A stretch of 42,295 nt of DNA, taken from assembly GCA_040773125.1 (NCBI GenBank), contig JAXGWV010000002.1, positions 1 to 42,295 of the forward strand. The letters are read 5' to 3'. The number at the start of each line of letters is the position of its first letter. Position 1 is the stretch's first letter. This document shows positions 26,446 to 35,108 of this stretch, one piece after another. The notes beneath the pieces are model-generated. The model had not been told where the DNA came from, ran no database searches, and worked only from the letters and a program-made list of their open reading frames with translations. The translations under genes were made by a program, and so were the position numbers. Source of the DNA: Candidatus Dojkabacteria bacterium (lineage in GTDB: Bacteria > Patescibacteriota > Dojkabacteria > SC72).

Positions 26446-27189
26446 TTATTGTACAGAAACTATGAAAAACGAGATTACATTCAGTCCTAGATTTATACTC
26501 TCCACCAACTTAAGATTCTTAATGTCTATCTTTCCTAAATCATATCTTTTTGGATGTTTTAGAATAAATGCTCCTTTCCAACCTTTGCAGTTCTTGTTTT
26601 GTATACCAGGCAATAACTTAGTTGCCATATTAATAACTGTTTCCATTTTGTAAGTCTTTTTTGTATTGAAAAGCTTGTACGGGGGATCCATAAATATAAT
26701 ATCAAAAGAAGGAACTTGCTCTTGATTAAGAACTCTAAATAGATATTCTTCAACCTTTTCTTTTATAATTTCAGATTCTATTAAAAATCCAGTATGAGCA
26801 GCATTCTTTTTTAAGATGATATTAGCATTCTTTGAAGCATCTACAAATGTAGAACTCTTTGCACCTCTTGAAAGAGCTTCGAAACCAAAAGAGCCAGCTC
26901 CCGCATAAAGGTCTAATATGGATTTGTTTACTAAATCTTCTTTAAGAATATCAAAAATACGAATCTTCATTCTGTCTGTCATAGGACGGGTTGTTTTGGG
27001 AACTTCCAAGTTAAAATTTTTGGCCTTTCCAGCTGTAATTCTTACTGTTGTAGTTATTGTAGGCTCTTTACTTTGTAACCTTTCCTTAAGAAAAGTGTCT
27101 TCCATCTCCTCAAAATCCTCAGGGGTTTCTAACCTCCATTTCTTTTTCTCTTTTCTAACTTTTTTAAATGAATCATGTTTTAAACTCAT
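26446..27189 (-). CDS. RsmD-like (m2G966-type) rRNA methyltransferase with a charged N-terminal extension
   Basis: 247 aa. RPMTDRMKIRIFDIL, motif I LDLYAGAGSFGFEALSRGA, motif IV DPPY. Confidence 0.8.
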   Translation of the reverse strand: MSLKHDSFKKVRKEKKKWRLETPEDFEEMEDTFLKERLQSKEPTITTTVRITAGKAKNFNLEVPKTTRPMTDRMKIRIFDILKEDLVNKSILDLYAGAGSFGFEALSRGAKSSTFVDASKNANIILKKNAAHTGFLIESEIIKEKVEEYLFRVLNQEQVPSFDIIFMDPPYKLFNTKKTYKMETVINMATKLLPGIQNKNCKGWKGAFILKHPKRYDLGKIDIKNLKLVESINLGLNVISFFIVSVQ

Positions 27190-27241
27190 ATTGGATTATA
27201 TCGTTTTGAAATTGAAATATAAAGCTATTAAAGGCTTATTC

Positions 27242-27694
27242 TTACTCTCTTGTAATCTCATATAGAACGGCTGTTGCGCAATTTGCTACATTTAGGGATT
27301 CTTTCTTCCCCCTCATAGGGACAAAGATTTTTTTATCAGAAGAATTTAAAATACTCTTATCTACACCCATTTTTTCATGACCAAAAACTAGTGCTAACTT
27401 TTGAGGATATTTAACTCTCTGAAAATTCTCCGCATCCTCTGTTAACTCTACTGAATATATCGGGATATTTTTTGCTCTGATTTCTTCAAGTGCTTCCTGT
27501 GTACTATCATAATGTTCGGAAGGAACCATTTCAATTGCACCTAGTGCTGTTTTTTCTAACTTAGGGTTGTCTATATCAGATGTCATACCACATAGGTATA
27601 TTTTTTTTACACTTCCTGCTCCATCAGCTGATCGGAATATACTTCCTACATTAAAAACTGAGCGAATATTATCTAGGACTATATGCACCTCCAT
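27242..27694 (-). CDS. SpoU/TrmH-family RNA 2'-O-methyltransferase (single-domain)
   Basis: 150 aa. SPOUT motifs NVGSIFRSADGAG, LVFGHEKMGV, IPMRGKKESLNVANCATAVLYE. Confidence 0.85.
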   Translation of the reverse strand: MEVHIVLDNIRSVFNVGSIFRSADGAGSVKKIYLCGMTSDIDNPKLEKTALGAIEMVPSEHYDSTQEALEEIRAKNIPIYSVELTEDAENFQRVKYPQKLALVFGHEKMGVDKSILNSSDKKIFVPMRGKKESLNVANCATAVLYEITRE

Positions 27695-29686
27695 TTAAGA
27701 AAAAAGGTTATCTAAAATATATTGTGGATCATTATCTTCCTTTAAGATTTTTTTAGCAAATACTCTTGCCTCTTTTAGTAAATCGGTATCGTAAATACTA
27801 GCCACTTTAAAATTTGGGATACCAGATTGCAGTGTTCCATATACTTCTCCTGGACCTCTTCTTCTTAGATCAAATTCTGCAACTTCAAAGCCAGAACTAT
27901 GTTTAGCAAAATAGAGCAATCTCTCTTCTGCAGGGGAACCTTTCTCAACAGAATTACTTGGGATAACAAAGCAGTAAGATTCCTTGTCACTTCGGCCTAC
28001 TCTACCCCTAAGCTGGTGAAGTTGTGCAAGACCAAATCTTTCCGCATCTTCAATTACCATTATAGTTGCATCCGGGATATCAATTCCTACTTCGATTACA
28101 GTTGTAGAAATAAGTACATTGATTTTCTTCTCTTTAAAATCATTAAGTAATTTACTTTTTTCTTCCTCTTTTAACTTGCCATGAAGATATTGGACATTTA
28201 ATCCTTCAAAAATCTTAGTTATAGTTTTGTACTCATTCAAAATTGATTTTCTTGTAGATTTATCACTCTCTTCGATTAAAGGGTAAATGAAGAATGCTTG
28301 ATCATTCTTTTCGCTCGAAAGAATTTTCTCTCTTACCCATTTAAAACATTCTATTCTTTTTTTCAAAGGTGTATAGTATGTTTTGACTTCAATTCTGTTT
28401 TTTGGTTTTTCTCTAATTTCTGACACATCAAGTCCACCGAAAAAAATCTCAGTTAAGCTTCTTGGTATTGGAGTTGCTGTCATTGTTAAGTGATGAGGAG
28501 AGTTATCTCTCTTTTGTTTGAAATATTGTCTTTGTTCTACACCAAACCTGTGCTGTTCATCGATAACCACTAGGTTTAAGTCACTTGGAAGGACTTTGTT
28601 GTACAAAATGGCATGAGTTCCAATTATTAATTTATTGTTTGAAGAGGAAATATCGTTCTTTGTAGAGATACAAAGTTCTATATTTACTCCAAAATTTTTG
28701 AAGAGTTTTGAAAAGGTATCAAAATGTTGTTTTGCCAATACGGTTGTTGGTGCCAGAACTATTGCTGAAAAACCACTTTTTACACAATTCAATACTGCAG
28801 AAGCAGCAACTACTGTTTTTCCACTCCCAACATCTCCGTTTAGTAGTCTATTCATAGGTCTTTTTCTTGTGCAGTCATCTAATATTTCTTCCATTGCTTT
28901 GGCTTGATCATTGGTAAGTTTATATGGGAGGGAAAGAATAAAGCTGTTAATTAGATTTGAGTTAAGAGGAATAGGAATGCCTTTTTGTTTTCTTCTTTTC
29001 ATGTGCTCTTTTTCAATTTTAATTCCTACTTTTAACATTTCATCAAATGCTAGTCTCTCTCTTGCATCTTCAGTATCTTTTATTTCTTCTGGAAAATGAA
29101 TCTTCTCAATTGCACTCTCTAGGCTAAGTAAGGGTGGGTTATATTCTCTTATTGGATCATTAAAAATATTCTGTATTTCATCTCTTAATTCAGAGATTCT
29201 TCTTCTGAGCATTGCGGAAGATAACCCCTTGGTTTCTGGGTATATTCCAACGATTTTCCCAACATGCAATTGGTTTTTCTTATCTAATTTGAATTTCTCA
29301 AATTTCGGATTATATACATTTTTTCTACCATTTTTTTCGGTAATTTTTGCATCAAAAAGATAGACATCATTTTTCTTAAAAGTCTTTTGAAGATATGCTT
29401 GATTGAAAAATACTAATCTTATACTATCAGAATCATCTTTTACTTTTACTGTCGTTATTTTTTTCCTAAAATAGGTTGTTTTTACATCTTCTATCTCACC
29501 GATAAATGTTCCTTCCTTTAATTCCTTGAAAGCTTTAATTGAAATAATGTTAGAAGAATCTTGATATCTAAATGGAATGTGGGAAAGAAGGTCTCTAACA
29601 GTATTAATCCCTAGCTTTCTGTATAAATATTCAGATCTAGGGCCAACACCTTTTAATTGGCTAATATCTGTATCTTTATTTAACAT
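27695..29686 (-). CDS. recG: ATP-dependent DNA helicase RecG
   Basis: 663 aa. Wedge/OB N-terminus, Walker A GDVGSGKT, DEQHRFG, helicase C motifs QLRGRVGR. Confidence 0.93.
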   Translation of the reverse strand: MLNKDTDISQLKGVGPRSEYLYRKLGINTVRDLLSHIPFRYQDSSNIISIKAFKELKEGTFIGEIEDVKTTYFRKKITTVKVKDDSDSIRLVFFNQAYLQKTFKKNDVYLFDAKITEKNGRKNVYNPKFEKFKLDKKNQLHVGKIVGIYPETKGLSSAMLRRRISELRDEIQNIFNDPIREYNPPLLSLESAIEKIHFPEEIKDTEDARERLAFDEMLKVGIKIEKEHMKRRKQKGIPIPLNSNLINSFILSLPYKLTNDQAKAMEEILDDCTRKRPMNRLLNGDVGSGKTVVAASAVLNCVKSGFSAIVLAPTTVLAKQHFDTFSKLFKNFGVNIELCISTKNDISSSNNKLIIGTHAILYNKVLPSDLNLVVIDEQHRFGVEQRQYFKQKRDNSPHHLTMTATPIPRSLTEIFFGGLDVSEIREKPKNRIEVKTYYTPLKKRIECFKWVREKILSSEKNDQAFFIYPLIEESDKSTRKSILNEYKTITKIFEGLNVQYLHGKLKEEEKSKLLNDFKEKKINVLISTTVIEVGIDIPDATIMVIEDAERFGLAQLHQLRGRVGRSDKESYCFVIPSNSVEKGSPAEERLLYFAKHSSGFEVAEFDLRRRGPGEVYGTLQSGIPNFKVASIYDTDLLKEARVFAKKILKEDNDPQYILDNLFS

Positions 29687-29688
29687 TT

Positions 29689-29799
29689 TTAGAGAGAAGT
29701 TAATACAATAATCATTGGGACTACTATACTTGCAAGTAATACGACTGCCATGATTATGTTTATTAATTTTGTTACTTTTCCTCGAGTTTTCTTTTTCAT
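29689..29799 (-). CDS. possible 36-aa small membrane protein
   Basis: My own translation: MKKKTRGKVTKLINIIMAVVLLASIVVPMIIVLTSL. It has a basic N-terminus and one hydrophobic helix. It fills the rel-recG gap almost exactly, with its stop 2 nt before the recG ATG. It is below the ORF-track length cutoff. Confidence 0.4.
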   Translation of the reverse strand: MKKKTRGKVTKLINIIMAVVLLASIVVPMIIVLTSL

Positions 29800-29826
29800 C
29801 TTCTTATTGTATAACTTTTTGTTTTT

Positions 29827-31290
29827 TTATTTAACCCTTTCTTTCATATTTTTTCTTATTTTGTTTTTTGTGCTTCTCGAATTTGCGTATTCTAGGGTGG
29901 TATCTTTTTGATAGGATTTATTTTTATTAACTTTTATCTCTACAGTATCTCCCGTAACTAGTTTCTGAGCTAATTTGGCTGGTAATCCATTTACTTTTGC
30001 ACTTTCGGCCTTGTTACCTATATCTGTATGAAGTCTAAAAGCAAAATCCAATACGGTGTCTCCTTTATCAAGTGCAATTATTTTTCCTTTTGGAGTAAAT
30101 ACAAAAACCTCATCATCAAAGATCTTACATCTTATTGGGAATGATTTAGATTTTTTATTCTCAATTTTACTTTTTTCAATTTCATCCTGAATTTTTTTAA
30201 CCCAATCATATTTGTTAGTTGGCTTTGCATACCTTAATTGACTTGCTTTGTAGGCTATATGAGAAGCTTTCCCAAAAGTATTCTCTTTATACATATCCTC
30301 AGTTACTATCTGAAGCTCAATATTCATTTTGGATATTTGAGGGAAACATATTGGGAATTGAATTGCTTTGTATCCGTTTGGTTTTGGATTTGATATGTAG
30401 TCATCAAATCTTTCTTCAATTATTTCTCCCTTATCCATCAACTTTTCAAGTATCTCGTAACAGGAATCTATATCGGAAGTAATAATTCTAAAAGCTATTA
30501 GATCATCTAGTCTACTAATATTGGGGTCTATCCATTCTTTCTCATATTTTTTTAATTTATTGTAAATACTGTATTTACTCTTTATCCTTTGCTCAATACG
30601 GGCCTTAATTCTTGATTCTCTGATTCTTAGGAGTATCTCTTTTTTGTATTTTTCTAAGAGCTCTTCTGAGATGCCCAATGACTCCATTTTTTTTGAGATA
30701 CTTCTATACTCAATCGGAAGATAGTATGAAAATGCTTTCTCTTCGAGTTCTTTTTTTAAATCTTCCAGATAAAGATACTCAGCTAAAACCCCGTAAATAT
30801 TTAATGCTTTAAAAAGTTTGCTTTTTTTCTGCTCATCTGGGATTTCATCAAAAGAGCGAATGTCGTGTAGTGTGTCATATATTTTTAAATATAATGGTCT
30901 TAAATCCTTAGAAACATTTAGAACATATTTGATAATTATTTCAGGGTTAGTGTCGACACTATCTGTCCCTCTTTTAATTTTCTTAATACCATTAAGAATT
31001 TCCATTACATCGTCAGAAAAATACTTGTGGATTTCTTCTTCTATTGTTTCGTTAAGTTCAATCTCATGTAACAGAGTTGCAATTGCAGTATTTAAATCCA
31101 GTCCTTTTTCTAGAAGAGAAATTGCAATTTCGAGGACATGATTTATCATTGGAACTCCATTGAATCTAGTTTTGCCTTTGTATTTTTCCTCGGCATATGA
31201 GACAGCTTCTTTTAAATCCTTTGTAAAATTCAAAGGAGCTAGGGAATATAGCCTGCTTTTTAGTACACCAGTTGATGTTTGTTTTTCCAT
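29827..31290 (-). CDS. RelA/SpoT homologue (short; synthetase and TGS domains, degenerate HD domain)
   Basis: 487 aa. Synthetase motifs RIKSKYSIYNKL, DLIAFRIIT, DYISNPKPNGYKAIQ, ELQIVTEDMY. TGS-like FVFTPKGKIIALDKGDTVLDFAFRLHTDIG. The HD position reads LLHEIELNE. Confidence 0.88.
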   Translation of the reverse strand: MEKQTSTGVLKSRLYSLAPLNFTKDLKEAVSYAEEKYKGKTRFNGVPMINHVLEIAISLLEKGLDLNTAIATLLHEIELNETIEEEIHKYFSDDVMEILNGIKKIKRGTDSVDTNPEIIIKYVLNVSKDLRPLYLKIYDTLHDIRSFDEIPDEQKKSKLFKALNIYGVLAEYLYLEDLKKELEEKAFSYYLPIEYRSISKKMESLGISEELLEKYKKEILLRIRESRIKARIEQRIKSKYSIYNKLKKYEKEWIDPNISRLDDLIAFRIITSDIDSCYEILEKLMDKGEIIEERFDDYISNPKPNGYKAIQFPICFPQISKMNIELQIVTEDMYKENTFGKASHIAYKASQLRYAKPTNKYDWVKKIQDEIEKSKIENKKSKSFPIRCKIFDDEVFVFTPKGKIIALDKGDTVLDFAFRLHTDIGNKAESAKVNGLPAKLAQKLVTGDTVEIKVNKNKSYQKDTTLEYANSRSTKNKIRKNMKERVK

Positions 31291-31291
31291 T

Positions 31292-32518
31292 TTATTGAAT
31301 CTCTATCTTGGCTATTTGCCTTCCTACTTTAAGAGTTGTTGGGGAGTTTCTTAAATCAATATGTTCATCGAAAACGGAATGTCTTTCTCCGTTAATATAC
31401 ACAGCGCCTTGCTCAATCAATCTTCTTGCTTCTCCTTTGCTTTTGGCAAATTTACTGTCGTAAATTAGATTTACAAGGGTTAGAGGGTCCTTTTTAATTT
31501 TAATTACTGGTATTTCGGTGTTTAGATTCTTTTTCTGAAAAATCGATTCGAAGAATAATTCAGCTTTCTTTGCCTCATCTTCCGATTTAATCTCTGAGGT
31601 AATTTTGTAGGCCAACTCTTTTTTAAGTACCATTGGGTTCTCTCCACTTTCAATTCTTTTCTTGTACAAATCGAGTTCATCCATTGACGCATTTGTTAAA
31701 ATTTCGAAGGACAAGAGAATTTGATTATCTTCAAAAGACATTATCTTCCCATATATCTCTTCGGGTGTGTCGTCTAACCTTACCATGTTCCCTTCTGATT
31801 TGCCCATTTTATTTCCATCTGCTGTTTCAAGCAATTTACCGGCTAAAACAATCTTATCTTTCTTTAGGTGATTTAAAACCATATCTCTACCTGCGAGCAT
31901 ATTGAACAATTGATCATTGCCTCCAACCTCGACATCTACATCCATGACAACTGAGTCATATCCTTGCATAATTGGATAGAGAAATTCGTTAAGAAAAATT
32001 GGTTTATCTTCCTTAATTCTTTGTTGGTACATGCTTCGTTTTATCATCTGTTGTACAGTAAATTCTGAAGCAAGGGTAATAACCTCGGAAAAGGTTAATT
32101 TGTCATGCCATTCACTGTTATATCTTATTTCAACAGGATTCTCTTTGTTCTTGATATCAATTATGTGGGACGCTTGCTCAACATAATTTCTCAAATTTGA
32201 CTCAACTTCTTCTTTTGTTAAAATTTTTCTAGCTGATTCTCTAGCTTCCTTCTTGTCTGATGGGTCACCAATTCTAGCTGTAAAGTCTCCTATCAAAAAG
32301 ATAACTTTGTGACCAAGCTTCCTAAAGTCTTCCAATTTTCTCATTCCCACAGTATGTCCAATATGAAGTGAAGGTGCCGTTGGGTCAAAACCTTGGTATA
32401 CAGTTAACCTTTTTCCTGAGAGTAATTTTTTTCTGAGTACCTCCTTAGAAGGGAGGATTTGCTCTACCCCTTTGTTAAGTATCCTTTCAATTATTTGATT
32501 GTCTTTTTTTATTTCCAT
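31292..32518 (-). CDS. tyrS: tyrosine--tRNA ligase
   Basis: 408 aa. GFDPTAPSLHIGH (HIGH), KMGKS, and a C-terminal S4-like domain. Confidence 0.93.
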   Translation of the reverse strand: MEIKKDNQIIERILNKGVEQILPSKEVLRKKLLSGKRLTVYQGFDPTAPSLHIGHTVGMRKLEDFRKLGHKVIFLIGDFTARIGDPSDKKEARESARKILTKEEVESNLRNYVEQASHIIDIKNKENPVEIRYNSEWHDKLTFSEVITLASEFTVQQMIKRSMYQQRIKEDKPIFLNEFLYPIMQGYDSVVMDVDVEVGGNDQLFNMLAGRDMVLNHLKKDKIVLAGKLLETADGNKMGKSEGNMVRLDDTPEEIYGKIMSFEDNQILLSFEILTNASMDELDLYKKRIESGENPMVLKKELAYKITSEIKSEDEAKKAELFFESIFQKKNLNTEIPVIKIKKDPLTLVNLIYDSKFAKSKGEARRLIEQGAVYINGERHSVFDEHIDLRNSPTTLKVGRQIAKIEIQ

Positions 32519-32568
32519 TTCCTAATTATATATTCAATCTTCTTAACTTTCCACAAAAGAGATAGAGT

Positions 32569-33780
32569 TTAATGAATATATTTTCTTTTTATTAATTTAT
32601 CTGGCATACATTGTTGGTTGGATTTCTTGTTTGGAAGCTCATGATCATATTCATATCCCTTTCCATACCCCATTTCCTTCATTAATTTTGTTTCTGCATT
32701 TCGAATATTTAAAGGTACTGGTAGATTTCCAAATTCCTCAATATCTTGTTTTACTTGCTCTTCAACTACATATGCAGTGTTGTCTTTTGGTGCTTTTGAA
32801 AGGTATATGGCTAATTGCATTAAAAATATCTCACATTCAGGCATACCAATTTTTTGACAAGATTCGTAAACGGAATTAGCTAAAATCAAGGCTTGAGGAT
32901 CAGCATTTCCAATATCTTCACTAGCAAATCTTAACATTCTTCTAGCAATATACAATGGGTCTTCTCCGCCTGCCAACATTCTTCCTACCCAATAACAGGC
33001 AGCATCTGGATTCGATGACCTCATAGATTTATGAATTGCGGATATGATGTTGTAATGCTCTTCACCCGTCTTGTCATAATATACTGGTTTTTGAACAGTC
33101 TCAATTAAGGTTTTCTCTTTTACTTCTGCTTTCCCATTCTTGGAAGCTTCTGTATTCGCTAATGTAGCACTCATCTCAAGAATATTTAGACCTGAGCGGA
33201 TGTCTCCATTCGCAAGATTAGCCATTTGTTGAAGGACTTTCTTAGAAATCTTTATATTAGGGTACTCTTTCTTAGATATCTTACTCAGGAGTTTCTCAAT
33301 ATCTTCTTCAGTTTGTTGTTTAAATACAAACACCTTAGTTCTTGAGAGGAGAGCTGAAATTATCGTAAAAGAGGGGTTCTCTGTTGTTGCACCTATTAGT
33401 GTAATTATTCCTTTCTCTACATATGGTAAAAGAGCATCTTGTTGTGCTTTGTTCCATCTATGGATTTCATCTAGAAAAAGGATTGTTTTTTTCCCGTATT
33501 GTTGATTGGCCATTGCCACTTTTATTACCTTTCTTAAAGCATCTTTACCACTGTTGACTGCTTGCATTCTATGAAAATCGTAGTAAAGATTTAAGGAAAG
33601 AATATATGCTAATGTGGTTTTCCCTGTACCTGGAGGTCCCCAAAATATCATAGAAGGAATTTTGCCTGATTCTAGGAATTTTCTAATCGGACCATTTTCT
33701 CCAACCAAATGTTCCTGCCCAACAAAGTCATCAAGAGTTTTAGGTCTGTATTTGGATGCAAGTGGTTCATGTGGATTCAT
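32569..33780 (-). CDS. rarA: replication-associated recombination protein A (MgsA/RarA AAA+ ATPase)
   Basis: 403 aa. PLASKYRPKTLDDFVGQEHL, Walker A GPPGTGKTT, Walker B LFLDEIHRWNK, and a C-terminal MgsA domain (DAACYWVGRML). Confidence 0.93.
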   Translation of the reverse strand: MNPHEPLASKYRPKTLDDFVGQEHLVGENGPIRKFLESGKIPSMIFWGPPGTGKTTLAYILSLNLYYDFHRMQAVNSGKDALRKVIKVAMANQQYGKKTILFLDEIHRWNKAQQDALLPYVEKGIITLIGATTENPSFTIISALLSRTKVFVFKQQTEEDIEKLLSKISKKEYPNIKISKKVLQQMANLANGDIRSGLNILEMSATLANTEASKNGKAEVKEKTLIETVQKPVYYDKTGEEHYNIISAIHKSMRSSNPDAACYWVGRMLAGGEDPLYIARRMLRFASEDIGNADPQALILANSVYESCQKIGMPECEIFLMQLAIYLSKAPKDNTAYVVEEQVKQDIEEFGNLPVPLNIRNAETKLMKEMGYGKGYEYDHELPNKKSNQQCMPDKLIKRKYIH

Positions 33781-33804
33781 GCCCCATTATATCATTAATA
33801 TACC

Positions 33805-33833
33805 TTTAAAGAGAGCACATTTTGTGTTATAAT
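33805..33833 (+). promoter_or_regulatory. candidate promoter for the acidic-protein gene
   Basis: TTTAAA-17 nt-TATAAT, with a TGT immediately upstream of the -10. It is 45 nt upstream of ATG 33878. Confidence 0.45.
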
Positions 33834-33877
33834 GTATCCTGTTCTTGCTCTTTACGGTATTAGAAAAAAGGAGAAAC

Positions 33878-34219
33878 ATGAAAAAGTTACTTATTGCTGT
33901 TGTAGATTCGGATATTGCAGAAGACTTAAAGGAGAAGGGGTATCTCTCTCTCTCTGTAGAGTTGTCACCATGGAATTTTAAATGGCTTAGCAAGGTGCTA
34001 CAGCAAGAAAACTTCAAAACAGAAGGAGGTAATCCTAGTTTCAGTTTCCTTGTAAATGTCGATGAAAATGGTCGTATGAATTTCCTTTCTGTCGGAGAAT
34101 GTATTGATTATGGTACAATCACAGATTTTTTTGACTCTCTTCCTTCAGATGAATTCGACATTAATGTCGAATTAGGATGTTATCTTGAAGATCTTGAATC
34201 AGATGATTTGGATCTCTAA
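33878..34219 (+). CDS. hypothetical small, highly acidic protein
   Basis: I start it at ATG 33878 (MKKLLIAVVDSD...), which has a strong SD (AAAGGAG, 6 nt upstream), rather than the ORF-track start at 33845. 113 aa with a very acidic C-terminus (LEDLESDDLDL). No family recognised. Confidence 0.6.
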   Translation: MKKLLIAVVDSDIAEDLKEKGYLSLSVELSPWNFKWLSKVLQQENFKTEGGNPSFSFLVNVDENGRMNFLSVGECIDYGTITDFFDSLPSDEFDINVELGCYLEDLESDDLDL

Positions 34220-34254
34220 GTAGGTAGTGAATATCAAACCGTAAAGAACAGATT

Positions 34255-34305
34255 AAAGAGAGTCTTCATCTCTATACGATTTTATTTCGTAAGAAGACTC
34301 TCTTT
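34255..34305 (+). terminator. long-stem hairpin downstream of the acidic-protein gene (possible terminator)
   Basis: Perfect 13-bp stem AAAGAGAGTCTTC / GAAGACTCTCTTT, with a 25-nt loop containing an inner ACGA/TCGT helix. It lies 36 nt after the stop. There is no clear U-tract, so this is not a textbook intrinsic terminator. Confidence 0.35.
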
Positions 34306-34318
34306 CCTATCCTCACTA

Positions 34319-34347
34319 TTGAGAAAATGTACAACCTATAGTATAAT
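34319..34347 (+). promoter_or_regulatory. candidate promoter for the two small membrane-protein genes
   Basis: TTGAGA-17 nt-TATAAT, a near-consensus match, about 140 nt upstream of ATG 34488. Confidence 0.55.
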
Positions 34348-34354
34348 GTAAGTA

Positions 34355-34460
34355 GGTACCTTTTATGGTATCAACTGCTCTTTAAAAAGGTTCTACCCTA
34401 TTTCAAATTAGTAAAACCCAATATCTTCTTAACATCTGTTGAGGGTATTTTGGGTTTTAC
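34355..34460 (+). promoter_or_regulatory. structured 5-prime leader (candidate cis-regulatory RNA) upstream of the 62-aa and 118-aa membrane-protein genes
   Basis: Hairpin GGTACC/GGTATC (34355-34372). An 11-bp helix 34411-34421 / 34450-34460. A 6-bp pairing TACCCT (34394-34399) / AGGGTA (34442-34447) crosses the 11-bp helix, so this is either a pseudoknot or an alternative fold. Confidence 0.35.
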
Positions 34461-34487
34461 TAAAAATGATATAGAAAAGGAGAATAG

Positions 34488-34676
34488 ATGAAAAACTTGT
34501 TTTCAATTGGTTTTTTTGTCTTTTTGTTTGGAGCATTAATCCTAACATGGGCGAAAAGTTTAAACCGGAGGAAGATTATTTCTAACGGACAAGAAACTAG
34601 CAACTCAGTTGTTGGGACAATTCTCGTCGTGATTGGATTTGTCATTATGGTGATTCCCTTCTTCATAGAAAAGTAA
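34488..34676 (+). CDS. hypothetical small membrane protein (2 predicted TM helices)
   Basis: 62 aa with a strong SD (AAAGGAGAA) upstream and two hydrophobic helices. It is 9 nt upstream of the next ORF. Confidence 0.6.
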   Translation: MKNLFSIGFFVFLFGALILTWAKSLNRRKIISNGQETSNSVVGTILVVIGFVIMVIPFFIEK

Positions 34677-34685
34677 AGGAGAAAA

Positions 34686-35042
34686 ATGAACTGGGATATT
34701 GTTTTTGTATACCTAATGGTACTCGAAGTAATAATCGAGGCTTACCAGATCGGGAAAAACCAAGGGAAGCTTTGGGTCAATTTGGTCCAAATAGGAATAT
34801 ACGTGAGTACTTTTCTCGTGTATACCCTTAACAGAGGCCAAGGATCTTTTCCTTTTGGCTTGTTTCTAAGAGGAGCAACATTTGCTTTTATCCTTGCGAT
34901 TATTCTTGAAGTTAGTAATTTTTCGCTTGGTAAAGTGGAAAAGGGGAAATTTGGCCTTGGCCTAATTAATTTGGCTCTGTCCTTACTAAAGTTTCTCCCT
35001 CTTATTCTTTTGATTTTGTTTTTGACAGACTCATATATGTAA
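34686..35042 (+). CDS. hypothetical small membrane protein (about 4 TM helices)
   Basis: 118 aa with a strong SD (AAAGGAGAA) and four hydrophobic segments. Its N-terminus MNWDIVFVYLMVLEV has a membrane-embedded Glu14 reminiscent of SMR/Gdx transporters, but the other SMR landmarks are not evident. Confidence 0.6.
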   Translation: MNWDIVFVYLMVLEVIIEAYQIGKNQGKLWVNLVQIGIYVSTFLVYTLNRGQGSFPFGLFLRGATFAFILAIILEVSNFSLGKVEKGKFGLGLINLALSLLKFLPLILLILFLTDSYM

Positions 35043-35056
35043 CCGGTAGAACCCAA

Positions 35057-35108
35057 TGGAGGGAACAATCTAATTGAGCTTTATGCTTATTTTTAATTGT
35101 TCCCTCCA
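35057..35108. terminator. long-stem hairpin between convergent genes (possible bidirectional terminator)
   Basis: Perfect 13-bp stem TGGAGGGAACAAT / ATTGTTCCCTCCA with a 26-nt loop, lying between the stop at 35042 (+) and the stop at 35114 (-). Confidence 0.35.

Noticed and set aside
33845-33877. ORF-track start (MLFTVLEKRRN...) for the acidic-protein gene.
   Set aside because: The internal ATG at 33878 is preceded by AAAGGAG at ideal spacing. The upstream extension would begin only about 10 nt after the predicted -10 box.
33787-34017. 76-aa minus-strand ORF overlapping the promoter and 5-prime end of the acidic-protein gene. A similar 108-aa ORF at 34742-35068 lies antisense to the 4-TM gene, and one at 34460-34666 lies antisense to the 62-aa gene.
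   Set aside because: The plus-strand genes have strong Shine-Dalgarno sites and promoters, and the antisense ORFs have neither.
34386-34420. Partial resemblance to a preQ1-I riboswitch (GGUUCUA...CCCU...A-rich tail).
   Set aside because: No P1 helix of adequate length can be drawn, and the conserved tail sequence does not match. I kept the region only as an unclassified structured leader.
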